NCBI GenBank assembly: GCA_951406725.2
Contig: OX597821.1
Location: 88,536,001 to 88,600,000 of the forward strand
Length of the DNA: 64,000 bases
Origin: Octopus vulgaris
Taxonomy: Eukaryota
Direction of reading: 5' to 3'
Positions 12,860 to 26,997 of the stretch are shown piece after piece. The notes beneath the pieces were generated by a model, which ran no database searches, was not told where the DNA came from, and saw only the letters and a list, made by a program, of their open reading frames with translations. Made by a program: the position numbers and the translations under genes. Each line of letters opens with the position of its first letter. Positions within the stretch are counted from its first letter, which is position 1.

Positions 12860-13038
12860 TATATAGCCACTTCACATTCTTTATGTTCTCTCACTGTGTC
12901 CTGTGTTCCTTTCTGTGGAAGAGCGTAGCCTCGAAACGTTAAAGACTTTTCCACTTCCCGAGCGTTAAACGATTACATTCGTTTGTTGTCTACATCACTT
13001 CTCTTCGTCTTTTGTTTTTTACTTTTGTAAATTCTCCC
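12860..13038 (+). mobile_element. Penelope-type terminal-repeat fragment with degenerate hammerhead (12909-12944)
   Basis: CTTT-CTGTGGA-A-GAGC-gtag-CCTC-GAAA-CGTT-AAAG, pyrimidine-rich tail ending at (TA)n. Confidence 0.6.
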
Positions 13039-13222
13039 TATATATATATATACAAAAGCAATAAGCATGTAGGACATAAGAACGTTCTTACTTTTTTTTC
13101 AAGTCACTATATTACACAAATGTCTACCCATTCTTCTGTTGGTTTTGGTTACGGATGAAGGAAGACTGCCTTAGGAGACAGACTAAAAGAACAAAACCAA
13201 CAAGGTTTACTCCCCAAATCAT

Positions 13223-13640
13223 TACTCTCTCTTTTACTCTTTTACTTGTTTCAGTCATTTGACTGTGGCCATGCTGGAGCACCGCCTTTAGTCGAGCAAA
13301 TCGACCCCGGGACTTATTCTTTGTAAGCCCAGTACTTATTCTATCGGTCTCTTTTGCCGAACCGCTAAGTGACGGGGACGTAAACACACCAGCATCGGTT
13401 GTCAAGCAATGCTGGGGGGACAAACACAGACACACAAACATATATACACACACACTTATATATATATACATATATACGACAGGCTTCTTTCAGTTTCCGT
13501 CTACCAAATCCACTCACAAGGCATTGGTCGGCCCGGGGCTATAGTAGAAGACACTTGCCCAAGATGCCACGCAGTGGGACTGAACCTGGAACCATGTGGT
13601 TGGTTAGCAAGCTACTTACCACACAGCCACTCCTGCGCCT
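13223..13640 (-). mobile_element. SINE family A, full length
   Basis: Complete head (GGCGCAGGAGTGGCTGTGTGG) to tail on the minus strand. Confidence 0.92.
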
Positions 13641-14124
13641 AGTTATATCCTTTTATTAAAACCTTTTAACCAACGAATCCAGCACGTCAGCCTTCAGCGG
13701 TTAAAATTTTACCCCAGTTTTGCTCCAAATTTGATTATCGTCAGACGGGCAAGAGTGAAGTGGAGATAATGAAGAGGGACTTAAGAGGTATTAAGAGAGA
13801 GACAGAATAGCAGAATATGTGGGAAGGGTTACTTTTTAAATACGTGTGGTCTAGTATAAGCATTTATGTAGATAAATAAGAATATATAATATATAGGTGT
13901 TAAGCAACACACTAAATCCCTATTTATGATGTGGGAAGCACCAATGACGTAAATACATATTTGGCCTTGGTGGTGTATGCGACCAGCCGTATAAAATATA
14001 TTTGCTTCCATGAATAAGAACTTCACAGGTAAAATTCAGGCAACCGCCATAGATGGAGGGTTTTTTTCTCTATAATAATTGTGCTAAGCAATGTTAACAC
14101 ATCGTAGTGCTGTCGAGGTAAGTT

Positions 14125-14525
14125 ACTCTTTACTCATTTACTTATTTCAGTCATTTGACTGCGGCCATGCTGGAGCACCACCTTTAGTCGAGCAAATCGA
14201 CCCCGGGACTTATTCTTTGTAAGCCCAGTATTTATTCTATCGGTCTCTTTTGCCGAACCGCTAAGTGACGGGGACGTAAATACACCAGCATCGGTTGTCA
14301 AGCAATGCTAGGGGGACGAACACAGACACACAAACATATACACACACATACATACATATATACGACAGGCTTCTTTCAGTTTCCGTCTATCAAATCCACT
14401 CACGAGGCTTTGGTCGGCCCGAAACTATAGCAGAAGACACTTGCCCAAGATGCCACGCAGTGGGACTGAACCCAGAACCATGTGGTTGGTTAGCAAGCTA
14501 CTTACCACACAGCCACTCCTGCGCC
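14125..14525 (-). mobile_element. SINE family A, full length, 6-bp TSD TAAGTT
   Basis: TAAGTT at 14119-14124 and 14526-14531. Confidence 0.92.
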
Positions 14526-15187
14526 TAAGTTCTTCAGGTTTATCGCAGTTTCTGCATGATTTTTGCAACGTTTTCTGCCTATGTGTCTTAACTATGTTTG
14601 AACGTTACGCCTGTCCAGTATATCAAAATAGGACTTGTTAAATATGATCCCAAAGAAGCGTTCTTTTGGGGCTGTGTATTTTCGTCGCAGTGGAGTATTT
14701 TGTGGCTACCTTTACCTCAAAACTATGGGCTGTTTGTTGCTTTGAAAGTTTAGTGAACATGTTACCGCTGCTTGGTCATCCGATCTCTGACTTTGGCTTT
14801 ATTTATTAATATTTTGTTCAAGATAGATGCGCAGCTATAAGAGGACTCAACGTAGGTTCATTAAATTTTTTATGAAAAGCATTTGTTTATTAAACTATGG
14901 TAGATCATACCTACAAACGTTTTAACATTAAGAGGCATCAGAGAAGTAAATCATATGATATTAATGTGGGTGGCTTTTACCCTCAGTGAGGTGAACGTCG
15001 AGTTTATAACTAATGCTGTTTCTGAAATAACAAGAAGCCGGGGAATTATTACAATTCTGGACTGTGGCGTCGAACAACTGGATATTTGGAGAAATACCCA
15101 CACTGACACAGACACACACACACACACACACAAACTAAGACACACACACACATACATACATACATACAAAACGTATATGTTCACATA

Positions 15188-15602
15188 GGCGCAGGAGTGG
15201 CTGTGTGGTAAGTAGCTTGTTTACCAACCACATGGTTCCGGGTTCAGTCCCACTGCGTGGCACCTTAGACAAATGACTTCTACTATAGCCTCGGGCCGAC
15301 CAAAGCCTTGTGAGTGGATTTGGTAGACGGAAACTGAAAGAAGCCCGTCGTATATATGTATATATATATGCGTATGTGTGTTTGTGTGTCTGTGTTTATC
15401 CCCCCAGCATTACTTGACAACCCATGCTGGTGTGTTTACGTCCCCGTCACCTAGCGGTTCGGCAAAAAAGACCGACAGAATAAGTCCTGGGCTTACAAAA
15501 GAATAAGTCCCGGGGTCGAGTTGCTCGATTAAAAGGCGGTGCTCCAGCATGGCCGCAGTCAAATGAATGAAACAAGTAAAAGAGTAAAAGAGAGTAAAGA
15601 GT
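15188..15602 (+). mobile_element. SINE family A, full length, long TSD
   Basis: (CATA)nCAAAACGTATATGTTCACAT occurs on both sides (ending 15186 and 15677). Confidence 0.92.
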
Positions 15603-16339
15603 ATACATACATACATACATACATACATACATACATACATACATACATACATACATACAAAACGTATATGTTCACATTCTTATATATATTTACATAAGTG
15701 CATTAAGTTTTCGCATGTCAGGATTTTTAAACGCCAGGTATAACGACGCAGTACAATGTATGTAATAGTCTCACATAAGTAAGATAACTAAGTAAGCACC
15801 ATTACACAGTGTGCATAAGTGTGTGTATATGCATATATATATATATATACATGCATATAATCATGCATGAATGTATGTATTTATGAGTTTTCTCCTTGTG
15901 TGTATGTTCGAAGGAGTGGAGTGGTGCTAGATGTGACAAGGTTTGTGTATATGTGCAATGTCCATCGAAGTGATGAAGTTAAACCAAGGAAATACACGCT
16001 ATTATACAAAAGCAATAAACATGTAGGACATAAGAAAGTTCTTACGTTCTTATCAAGTCACCATATTACACAAGTGTCTTCCCATTTTTCTGTTCTCTTT
16101 GGTTTCTTTTTGCTTAGTTTGGCATCATATAGTTTCAATGAGTTCCTCAATGGAGCTGATAGTACTTATGGCAGCGATACTTACAGATATATTCCATTTT
16201 TGGTCCTCCGTGCACCATTATTGAAACCATATTTACAACCATAACATATTCTTCATTTTTCCAAACTCTTATCTAGTGTTTGGTTTTTATTAGATGAATG
16301 CATTCACACATACAAGTATACTGACATGCGCATACATAC

Positions 16340-16680
16340 GCGTGCGCCCGGTAAATAGGTATGCACATACATGTATATGAATGCATGTGTATGAATATAT
16401 ATATATATAACTATATGCAGAAGAAAAACACTGTGTATATACATAAATATATATATATATATAAATATATAAATATATATATACATATTTATATATACAT
16501 ATACATATATATATGTATGCATATATATACATATACATACATATATATTTATGTATTTATATATATATGGATATATATATATATATATATATATATTTGC
16601 ATATATGTACACAAATCGATACACATATATACCATACAGGAATATATGTGTTTACATACTTATACATATACAAAGGCACA

Positions 16681-16735
<55 letters not shown>

Positions 16736-16920
16736 TGTATGTATATATGCATATGTACATATATATTATATAGATAGACATATATGCATACATATATATA
16801 TTACATATATATGTATATATATGTGTGTGTGTGTGAGTGTGTACATATGTATTAATTTATATATATGTATATATATATATGTATATATATATATATGTTT
16901 GTATGTATGTATGTATGTAA
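16340..16920. repeat. (TA)n-rich microsatellite mosaic
   Basis: Seen directly. Confidence 0.9.
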
Positions 16921-17289
16921 ATAGATACCTGTTGTAGAAACTTCATTCAGATGGATTGCATTTGCTTTTGAAGTTGTTGAACATGTCGAAAGTGGTGGAA
17001 GGCTATAAGTAAAGGATTAAAGACAGAAAGTAAGGATGCAGGTGATAATCTTCTTGTGTGATGATAAAACATTGTCACTGGAACATCACTCGAGGTTCCT
17101 TTATTTATTTTCTTGCAAAGAGGTGGAAGAGAATAGAAAGCAGATAGATTCGGACTCTTTAGTATTTTTCTTCCTTTTCTTTCTTTCTTTCTTTTTTTTA
17201 TATTACTCGGTGTTGTTACAATATATCACGTGTCATGTTGATGCTGCGGTTGTTGCAGCGATGGTAACTACTGCATAATGATGATACAG

Positions 17290-17343
<54 letters not shown>

Positions 17344-17937
17344 TCCCTTTCCACAAATAACAGTGAAAATAAGCTGTAACGATATTAGCAACTTATTTTC
17401 TTTTTTAATGCCAATCGAGATAGAATGAGTGATTAAATGTAAATCCCTAATGAATGATGATATGGAGTTAGAGGAATGTGAAGGCATAATTCATTGCTGT
17501 TTTTTCTTGTTTTTTCGTTCTTGCTGTTATTGTTGTTGATGTTTTTTTCCTTGTGATGTAGTTTTTTTTTTTTTTAGCTTGCATCAGAACCATTGAAGCA
17601 GACTTATGACCCATATCGTTCCAGCCCTGCCACTCTCCCATTAATTTCAGAAATAAAAAATATCCTGTCACAATGTCAGTCACGGTGTCTTCGCGTGTTT
17701 AATACACTTGGATATAATTTGAAGGAGGATTGGCTGTTATTTCTATGAGAGTAAGCCACTGGGGCAGAAATACTCATATTCGTATGAAACATTATTGTAA
17801 ACCGTGATAGTACAATAAAATGAACGGGTGTTTTCTTAGCTAGTACCGTATATTTATATCCTCGTACCAAATAAATTAGAACGACATCGCTGTTAATGTA
17901 TGGGTGCCATCTCTCAGTCAAAGTATCAAGTAAAGTT

Positions 17938-18178
17938 ACCTTCTGGAGTCGTGCCGTCTCATAAGGGCCAGTTTCCCAGTTTCATGGCATATAAAATACC
18001 CCACATGGACGGAATACCGGTCCGTCGCAGGATGACTCATTTTTGAAAGCTGAATGGATTGGAGCAATATGAAATGAGAAGTTTTGCTCACGAACACAAC
18101 TCGCTGCCCGGTCCAGGAATCGAAACCACAATCTTATGATCATGAGTCCAACACCCTAACCACTAAGCCACGCGCCTT
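17938..18178 (-). mobile_element. SINE family C (tRNA-derived), diverged
   Basis: Minus strand: GGCGCGTGGCTTAGTGGTTAGGG A box, GGTTTCGATTCC B box, CTGCGACGGACCGG..CCGTCCA body. Related to 57179-57487. Confidence 0.8.
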
Positions 18179-19091
18179 CAAAGTATGGGACTACTTTTCA
18201 GGCACTTAACTCTGGAAGGGGAACTAACAACTGATGGACTGTATCTGTAGTCATCGAAAGATAATTTTTCTTCTACATCAGATTCTGCTCCATTGAATTA
18301 GCTATAGTAGTATTCCCTACTTTTATACCTATTTTATACCTCTTTCTTCTCCTTTCACCAACTTCACTGTCATCTCGATTGTTAGTTGAACCATTCGTCT
18401 CCAGAAATGTAATGCTCTGTAATATTCCCTTGAGTAAATATCTTTTACTCTTTGTAACTCATACAGGTCTGATCTAACCATCAACCACCTCACCAATCTT
18501 ATAATCTCTAAACAGATATGGCTGATTCCGTAAAAGTGTAAAAGAGCTCAAATACAAAAAGGCAACTTCATGTTTTAAACCACTGAAGCGGGTTTAATAA
18601 TTTGAATATTGGTGTAAGTTAATTTAATAGATTTTATCATAATTGCCACCTTCATGATATGGTGCCACACTAAACATATGATTATTATTTATTTATTCAT
18701 CGTTTAATCTACAATCGGTCTTTAATATTTTATTAATTCTGTTGTCTGATTTAAAGTATCCTTATATCTTAGACATCAGCTATGAATGGGGTTGGTAACC
18801 ACAACGAAGTGCTTCTACAAGTGGCAAAAAGTTTAGTTAGCGTGACAGTTTGAAAGAAATTAATGTTTTGGAATTTTTGACCCTGTCTGAGTGGGATAAA
18901 ATGGCAGAGTGATTTTTCATTAACTTTCATTCAAAATGGAATCTACTTTTTCTGTTACAGGTATTCAAATGCAGTACAAGAATTAAAACGTTAGATCAGT
19001 CACATCTTCACGTCGAGAATATTGTTTTATATGCTACTCATAAGTAGTTTCCTATGATTGAACATAGATCAATTATCGATTTGAAAAATCT

Positions 19092-19178
19092 ATACTGGTA
19101 ATTTTGAAATTACCTTCAAAACCTGTACTGGTAATTTTGAATTCACCTAGAAAGCCTATACTGGTAATTTTGAAATAA
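19092..19178. repeat. 33-bp minisatellite, about 2.6 units
   Basis: TACTGGTAATTTTGAA recurs three times at 33-bp spacing. Confidence 0.85.
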
Positions 19179-19633
19179 TTTCTACGAAATGATTTCTTTC
19201 AAGGTATTTTCCCACAAACTACTAAATTTCCACAGGTTATTGTCCCATAAGATGCCTATCAATACCAGACATTTCCCTATAAAATTTCGCTCAATACTAG
19301 TTATTTTCCAACTTGCTACAAATAACTATCAATTATCTTGCGGCTACCTGCTAATCACTTCGATTTATTTTCCCACAAGTTACTAATCGTTTCCACTTTT
19401 TAATTTATTTTCTCACAAGTTGCTATTCACTTACAGTTGTTTTAAAATAATTTCATTAAATATGCTCGACTGAAGTGCATTTCAATCTGTCTTCTCTCAG
19501 ACCATAACAAATGGTTTGGCCATAAATTGAAGATGACCAAGAATATTTTAAGGAAGATCACAGCAAGTGGTTCAACCTTAATATAACTGATTAATCAAAG
19601 GAACATCTAGAAATATGTGCAGCAAGCCTGTAA

Positions 19634-19692
<59 letters not shown>

Positions 19693-19701
<9 letters not shown>

Positions 19702-20135
19702 CTTTTTTTTCTAGTTTCAGCTCAGAGCTGTGGCCATGCTGATGCACCACCGTTTGGCTACACTGTTATTACTAAGAGCTTCCTCTAATATGTGGCACTT
19801 GGTGAAGCAGGGAGTTTGATATAGCTACCCTCATTTGCACCTCTTGCTGTGAAGTAGAGTCATCTGGGACTCTCGACAGGAAGAGGTCCAGCTTTGATTT
19901 AAAAATCCCTACATCTACTTTGTGCAAGTTTCTCAGACTCTTTGGGAGAATATTAAAAAGTTGTGGGCCCTTGAAACCCATGCTGTTGCAATAACTGCTC
20001 CTGAAGCGTGATGGCATTGCTGGAACCTTTGGCACTATGCAGTGTCGTCCCATTCTGGCATTGATGTAGCTATCAATGCCAAAATTTGGCACAATTCCTT
20101 CCAGGATCTTCCAGATATATATTACTGCATACCTG
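19693..20135 (-). mobile_element. CR1/L2-group LINE 3' end (ORF2 C-terminus + 3' UTR)
   Basis: RY..IYIWKILEGIVPN..GPQLFNILPKSLR..FKSKLDLFLSRVPD, homologous to the C-terminus of the 30090-31068 LINE. Stop at 19772-19774, short UTR, A-rich tail. Confidence 0.85.
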
Positions 20136-20143
20136 CAGTCATG

Positions 20144-20195
<52 letters not shown>

Positions 20196-21364
20196 AGAAA
20201 GAGAGAGAGAAAGGGTGAGAGATATACACACACGCAGACGTGCGCACGCACACACACACATATGTCTTTGTGTGTGTGTCTGTGTCGCCTTCGTATTTTA
20301 AGAAGTCATTGCAAGTGCGAGGCCTCAAAATCACTGATGATCTGTCTTTGGCAATTTTTTACCTATAATACAGCAAAAAACAGCATCGAAGAGTCTGTAC
20401 ACCTCTTGAATGTCAAAAAATACTTATGCACTCTGCAGCTCCCAACAAATGAATAAAATCTTCAAAAGTATGTACTTCTCTATTTTCAACGGCTCTTGCA
20501 GCACATACAGATATGCTAGACTACATTCACTTAAAGGCTACCGAATGATTGCTATGAATTCGCTAACCCACATACTCCTATCTCTATCTCACAATAGTTC
20601 ATTCCTCCCTCCACTTTTTCTACTGATACTGCAGTTGCCTCTGCTTCTTCGGAAGTAGTTAGCCTCTACTCGGCGCTATGAATTGCAGCATCCTTATTAC
20701 TCCACTTCCGTATAATCATTTTCGCCTGAATATCAATCCTCATGAATTTCTCTCTTGGCCATATCCTGAGTTTACTCAGGAAGAACAGCAACTACATCAA
20801 TCTAACTGGTGTCCAGTGAAAGGTGAAGGTATGGGCACAACGTCTTTCTTTCGGCTAAATCATTGAAAATCATGATGTAAGTGGGAAGTTGGTCGTTATT
20901 CTATTGCAGCTGAAGCAGTGCAGTAGGTCCCATGATAGCTGAAATGGTACAACAATGTCAGGACATATGAAAGAGCAGCTGTACATTCTATAAACCTAGT
21001 TTGGATTAGTTTGAAAGAAGCAGTAGCTTATAAGATGAAGTTGTGGTAGAAACTAACCAGCTGCCAATTTCGCAGGCAAGAAAAGAGCGATTGTTTTGAC
21101 AAGTATTTGATCTATGGTGAGCAGATAAATGTGTGTATTCTGAGACAGAAAGGCAATTTAAAAAGCATTGAAAACGAATTCTAAGATGGAATTCCTAAAG
21201 TTGAAGTTTGAGTGGTTACTCATTTCGTCAGGAGAGAAAGATAACAATTGGATATCATAATATCATCATAAATATAAATATTTGAATCTACTAAGGTACT
21301 TTTATATCACTTTTTCACCTCTATCTTTTTATTTGATGCATAACTCTTATTTATTCCTTTCTTT

Positions 21365-21638
21365 TAATTTCTTTCAGTCATTTGACTACGGCCATGCTGG
21401 AGCACCGCCTTTAGTCGAACAAATTGACCCCTGGACTTACGCTTTGTAAGCCTAGTTCTTATTCTATCGGTCTCTTTTACCGAACTGCTAGGTTACGGGG
21501 ACATAAACACACCAGCATCGGTTGCCAAGCGATGGTGAGGGGCAAACACAGACACACAAACACACACATACATACATACGACGAGCTTCTTTCAATTTCC
21601 GTCTACCAAATCCACTCACAAGGTTTGGTCAGCCCGCG
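21365..21638 (-). mobile_element. SINE family A, 5'-truncated
   Basis: Tail and body colinear with full copies. Confidence 0.85.
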
Positions 21639-21784
21639 AGACTGAAGCTGGAAACATGAAGCTGAATACAAATTAATTAATTAATTATTTTATATACGTA
21701 ATTATATAAATATTGATGCTATGTAGTTGCGATATTAGAGATTGTAATACAACATCGTTTCAGTTGAGTGCACCAGTTGTCTTT

Positions 21785-21965
21785 CTGTCTGTTTGTCCCC
21801 CCAACACTGCTTGACAACCGATGTTGGTGTATTTACATCAAAAGAACCCGATTCAATAAATACCAGGATCACAAAATGAAAGTACTGAGGTCGATTTATT
21901 CAGCGAAAATTTCTGGAAGGCGGTGTCCCAGCATGATCGCAGCTTAATGACTGAAACAAATAAAG
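21785..21965 (+). mobile_element. diverged SINE family A 3' fragment
   Basis: GCTTGACAACCGATGTTGGTGT..AAGGCGGTGTCCCAGCATG..ATGACTGAAAC. Confidence 0.7.
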
Positions 21966-22399
21966 GATCAAAGAGATATAGATATAAAACAATCATACGT
22001 ATACACATGAGCATGCTTGAATCAGATATATTTAACAAGTAACTTCATGATATTAAAATATTACGTGCACGAAGATTGCGTTAGATGCAACTCGAATGCA
22101 TACATATGTTGTAAGACGTACATGCAGCATTCATTTCCATATAATTCAAAGTTGTGTGTGATACGAAAACGCTTCTGATAGCTATTTGCAGACCAATCAT
22201 ATTTTCCTGAGATTATTTTCTTACTGGGAATTGCAGAAAAATGAGCCAATTAAGTAAATCTTCCGATAAATTTCAATTCAAATTGCAGATAAACATGCAA
22301 GTAAGCTTTGTCTATTTATATTGGTGAAGCATTAAATGTGTAAATTTATAAATTTACTGTTTGGCGTTCGATTACATGCGTTTTTTTTTTTTAAATAAA

Positions 22400-22451
22400 A
22401 ATATATACATATATGCACATATTCACACATATGATATATGTATATAAACAC

Positions 22452-22490
<39 letters not shown>

Positions 22491-23405
22491 TAATATATAA
22501 TATATATATGTATATATATATTTATATATATATATGTATATATATATTTATCTACATATATATATATGTACAGATATATATATATATGTATGTATATATG
22601 TACGTATGTATGTATATATATGTATATATTTATAGATGTATATCAATACACATGTACACGCTCATATAATGAATATTCGTGCGTGTTAATACAAACAAAC
22701 GGAAACAAACAAAACTACACGCAAACAACAAGCATGCGCGGTCACACGCATATACACTCACACACATGCATACGCGTATTTATAAATTTTAAATATATAT
22801 AAAAATATATACGTGCGCGCATTTGTGTATAGACACACACATACACACACAGATATTCTTGTATATATGTATATATATATATGTGTGTGTGTGAGTGTGC
22901 AGACTGTTATACTCATGTATGCATACACGTGCTCGCATGCGCGTAATTACCATCGCATTTTTATGAGAAATTATTCACTTACATTCGTATATAATTACAG
23001 TTGTATATAATTGTTTGTTTTGCTAATATACTGAATGGATTATTGTTTAATAGACATTCCGTAAAAGTATATAACAAAACAATCTCGCGGATTAAAGTAT
23101 ATTAGCAAAATAAATCATTTCCTGACGTATGCACACACACTTCACACAAACGCAATGTGCATATCTTCATTATATATACATATACCTATGCACACACACA
23201 GATCTATATGTGTATGTATGTGCGTGTGTTTGTGTGTGTATGTGTGTAAAATATATATATACATATATATATGCGTATATATATATATATATATATATAT
23301 GCATATATATATATGCATATATATATATGTTTGTATATATATATGTATGTATATATATAGAGAGAGATACACATATATATATGCATATATATATATATGT
23401 TTGTA

Positions 23406-23456
<51 letters not shown>

Positions 23457-23966
23457 CATATTTTACAAGTCTGTATAAACCTGTGTTGTGCTTTTATATT
23501 ATAAATGTATTATGTATATAAATATATATGTATATACATGCACATATTTGTGTAAAATATATGTAAGATAGCGTCAAATTGTGCGTATGTGAAATTCAAT
23601 GAATTTTAATAGGTTCGCAAAAAATATTGATATAAATTTGCAGACAGATTTACACAAACATGAATACATAGAAACACACACACAAGCAAAACCCAGCAAT
23701 ACATGCAATTACTCATACATACACCCGACATGCGCGCGCGCGCACACAAGTAAGTATATGCGTATATAAGTACGACTCTGTACTTCCTTTGGAGTGTATA
23801 TTTGTGCGTGTGCGTGCGTTTGTTCATCTATCGTATATTAGAATACAGAAACATATGCTGATTGAATATTTTCTTAAAATCTATTTCAATTCAAACGATA
23901 TTCTGTCATAGTTATAAGATATATATATATATAAATATATGTTTGTATGTATGTATGCATGTATGC

Positions 23967-24057
<91 letters not shown>

Positions 24058-24231
24058 ATATTGCAGGAGGAGGAAGATGTCTCAGTCCATAGAACTTATG
24101 GTTGGGAATACTGGTAATATGAATGATGTCACATTATTACGATGTCCTTAATACCTAAGCAAACATAGATATTAAAATATATGCATACATAAATATATAC
24201 ATAGATATATATGATTACATGTATGCAATTA

Positions 24232-24280
<49 letters not shown>

Positions 24281-24746
24281 AAATAAATATATATACATAC
24301 ATATATATATATTTATGTGCATATATATGAATAAGTATGTTTGTATATATGTATATATATATCGATATACATACATACGTACGTAAATATAAATGTATAC
24401 ACATACATATATATATGTACATACGTACATACATACATACATACATACACATATGTATATGTATATATATGCAGTTATGCATATATATATATATATATAT
24501 ATATATGCATAACTGCTTGTTTGTGGATTGTGTATATATAAATGCGTGCGTGTCAATTTGTAAATTGTTATCCAGGTACACAGCCCATACACATCTACCC
24601 ACATAGATACCCGCATACACGCGGGATTCAAACAGCAAATATTTATATCAGGAATTCGTAATTGATTTCAAATTCTGGAAATGGGTTTTCAATTTTACAC
24701 CAACAACGAGGAAACAACACTACATGCATTATCGTACAGATAATAC

Positions 24747-24796
<50 letters not shown>

Positions 24797-25112
24797 GCAG
24801 GCATGCATACATACATATATACATAGAATCATACATACATGTAAGAAAATATCATAAGCATTGTAGAAAAAAAATTACAGAAAAGAAAACATAGTAATAT
24901 AAATATTTAAAAAATAATATAAATACCCGACAATTTAAGCACCAGGCACTCATAAGCTACATGAAGACATATAAATAGTGGTTATGTATTATATACATAT
25001 GTTTGTTAAAACGTATGTATGGTCCACTCGTACGACTGTATATTGATGTATATACATATTTATATATGTGCGTATTTTCATGAATATATATATGCATATG
25101 TATATATATATG

Positions 25113-25162
<50 letters not shown>

Positions 25163-25259
25163 TATATATATGTATATATATATGTATATATATATATAGA
25201 TAGATAGATATATATAGATAGATATATATGTATATATATGTATATATATATATATATAC

Positions 25260-25304
<45 letters not shown>

Positions 25305-25400
25305 TTATTACTATGTATAAGTATATATATATTTACACACATAGAAGTATAATATATATGCATATATATACATGTATGTGTGTTCGTGTATATGTATGCA
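22400..25400. repeat. extended (TA)n/(CA)n/(CATA)n low-complexity region
   Basis: Seen directly; short unique spacers between tracts. Confidence 0.85.
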
Positions 25401-26261
25401 TGTGTGTATTTATATTCAAGAGGAGTCGTATCAATGAAAGAAAATTATGTATGACTGCAATCTATACAACATTCAAGAAAATTGTATATGAAACAGCAAA
25501 ATAACATCAGAAAGGATAAGTGGTTTTCAATAACTTATACAAAACGATATGCAAAATATCTATGCATATCACATAAAAGCCCGCTTAAACACAGTCGCAT
25601 GTACGCAAATGGCACAGACATCCGCGCACACGCACACATGCGCACGCGTACACACATACGTTACGTATATATTTACATGTATGCATATATGGACTTCTAA
25701 TTGCGCCATAAATGATAAAGTTGAAATGCAGAAATTTTGATAGATCAACAAATTGTGCAACAATTTTAATCTCAAACATATTTCGAAGGGAATTTCCATC
25801 TAGCTTGAAGCTGAGAAAAAAAAATGAAATTTATCATGACAATTATGAAATTAATTCTATTGTGGAAAAGCGATATAATGGTGACCAGAGGCAGTCACAC
25901 CCTCATATCCACCCACCAAATAAAAAATAATAATAATTACACATGCACTTTCTAAGTGTGATGTTTTCTGTGGTATTACGGGTCAACCTCTCCGCTCTCC
26001 TCCGGATCATTCCGTTTTCCAATTCCTATAGAATTCTGGCTTGCATCTTAATGTTCATTCTTTCATTCTGTCGCTGTCTGTCGTCGTATCTCTCTCTTTG
26101 TGATTCTCACCCACTCTGACCCCACCCTCTCTCTCTTTCTCGCTTTCTCTGATGACGACAATCATTCAACGAACTCTGTGTACTTAACACATGCGCACAG
26201 AGTCAATCACTCATACACTTGCAATGTGTGCTCATGTGTAACTTGCCCGAGCGGCGAGAAA

Positions 26262-26622
26262 CACTCTTTCACTCTTTTCCATGTTTCACTCATTTGCCAT
26301 GCTGGAGCACTGCCTATAGTCGAGCAACCCGACCCCAGGACTTATTCTAGGTAAGCCTAGTATTTATTTTATCGGTTTTTGCCAAGCCGCTAACTTACGG
26401 GGACGTAAACACACCAGCATCGGTTGTCAAGCGATGTTAGGGGGACAAACATAGACACACAAACATATACACTCACATACATATACATACTTATATACGA
26501 CGGGCTTCTCTCAGTTTCCGTCTACCAAATCCACTCACAACACTTTGGTCAATCCGAGGCTATAGAAGAAATCACTTGCCCAAGGTGCCACGCAGTGGGA
26601 CTGAACTCGGAACCATATGGTT
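26262..26622 (-). mobile_element. SINE family A lacking the extreme 5' end
   Basis: Colinear from tail to B box. Confidence 0.85.
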
Positions 26623-26724
26623 CGTATGTATGTATGGATGAATGCATGTATGAATTATGTATGTAACTATGTATTTGTTTATGTATGCATGCGTGTATGC
26701 ATGCATGTATGTGTGTTTGCACAC

Positions 26725-26997
26725 ATGTATGTATGTCAGAAGGCTTGCAACTCCAACGGATGCCTCAAAAGACATTTTAAGATCCACAAAGAGCAGAACT
26801 TATCTGCAGCTTTTAGTGGTCCAAATCGGAGGTGCAATCTATGTGGGTGTCTTTTCAGAACATTGGTTTAAAAAGCCAGATCAGATACCATGATGGTGCT
26901 CAGGTGTAGGTACAGGAGGTGGTCAAACTGGTGTTGGTGTGTTTACGTTCCATTAATTTAGTGGTCCAGCAGCAGGGACCGATAGAATAAGCACCAG
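26725..26997 (+). repeat. left arm of 273-bp inverted duplication (LINE-tail/SINE A chimera)
   Basis: Reverse complement of 28669-28941, about 12 mismatches by eye. SINE A tail continues to about 27100. Confidence 0.9.

Noticed and set aside
19092-19178. Regularly spaced direct repeats resembling a CRISPR array
   Set aside because: Eukaryotic context, spacers similar to each other, no cas genes; it is a minisatellite.
26730-26871. C2H2 zinc-finger gene exon
   Set aside because: Single finger followed by a broken second one, no TGEKP linker, fused to SINE sequence; better explained as a LINE C-terminal relic.
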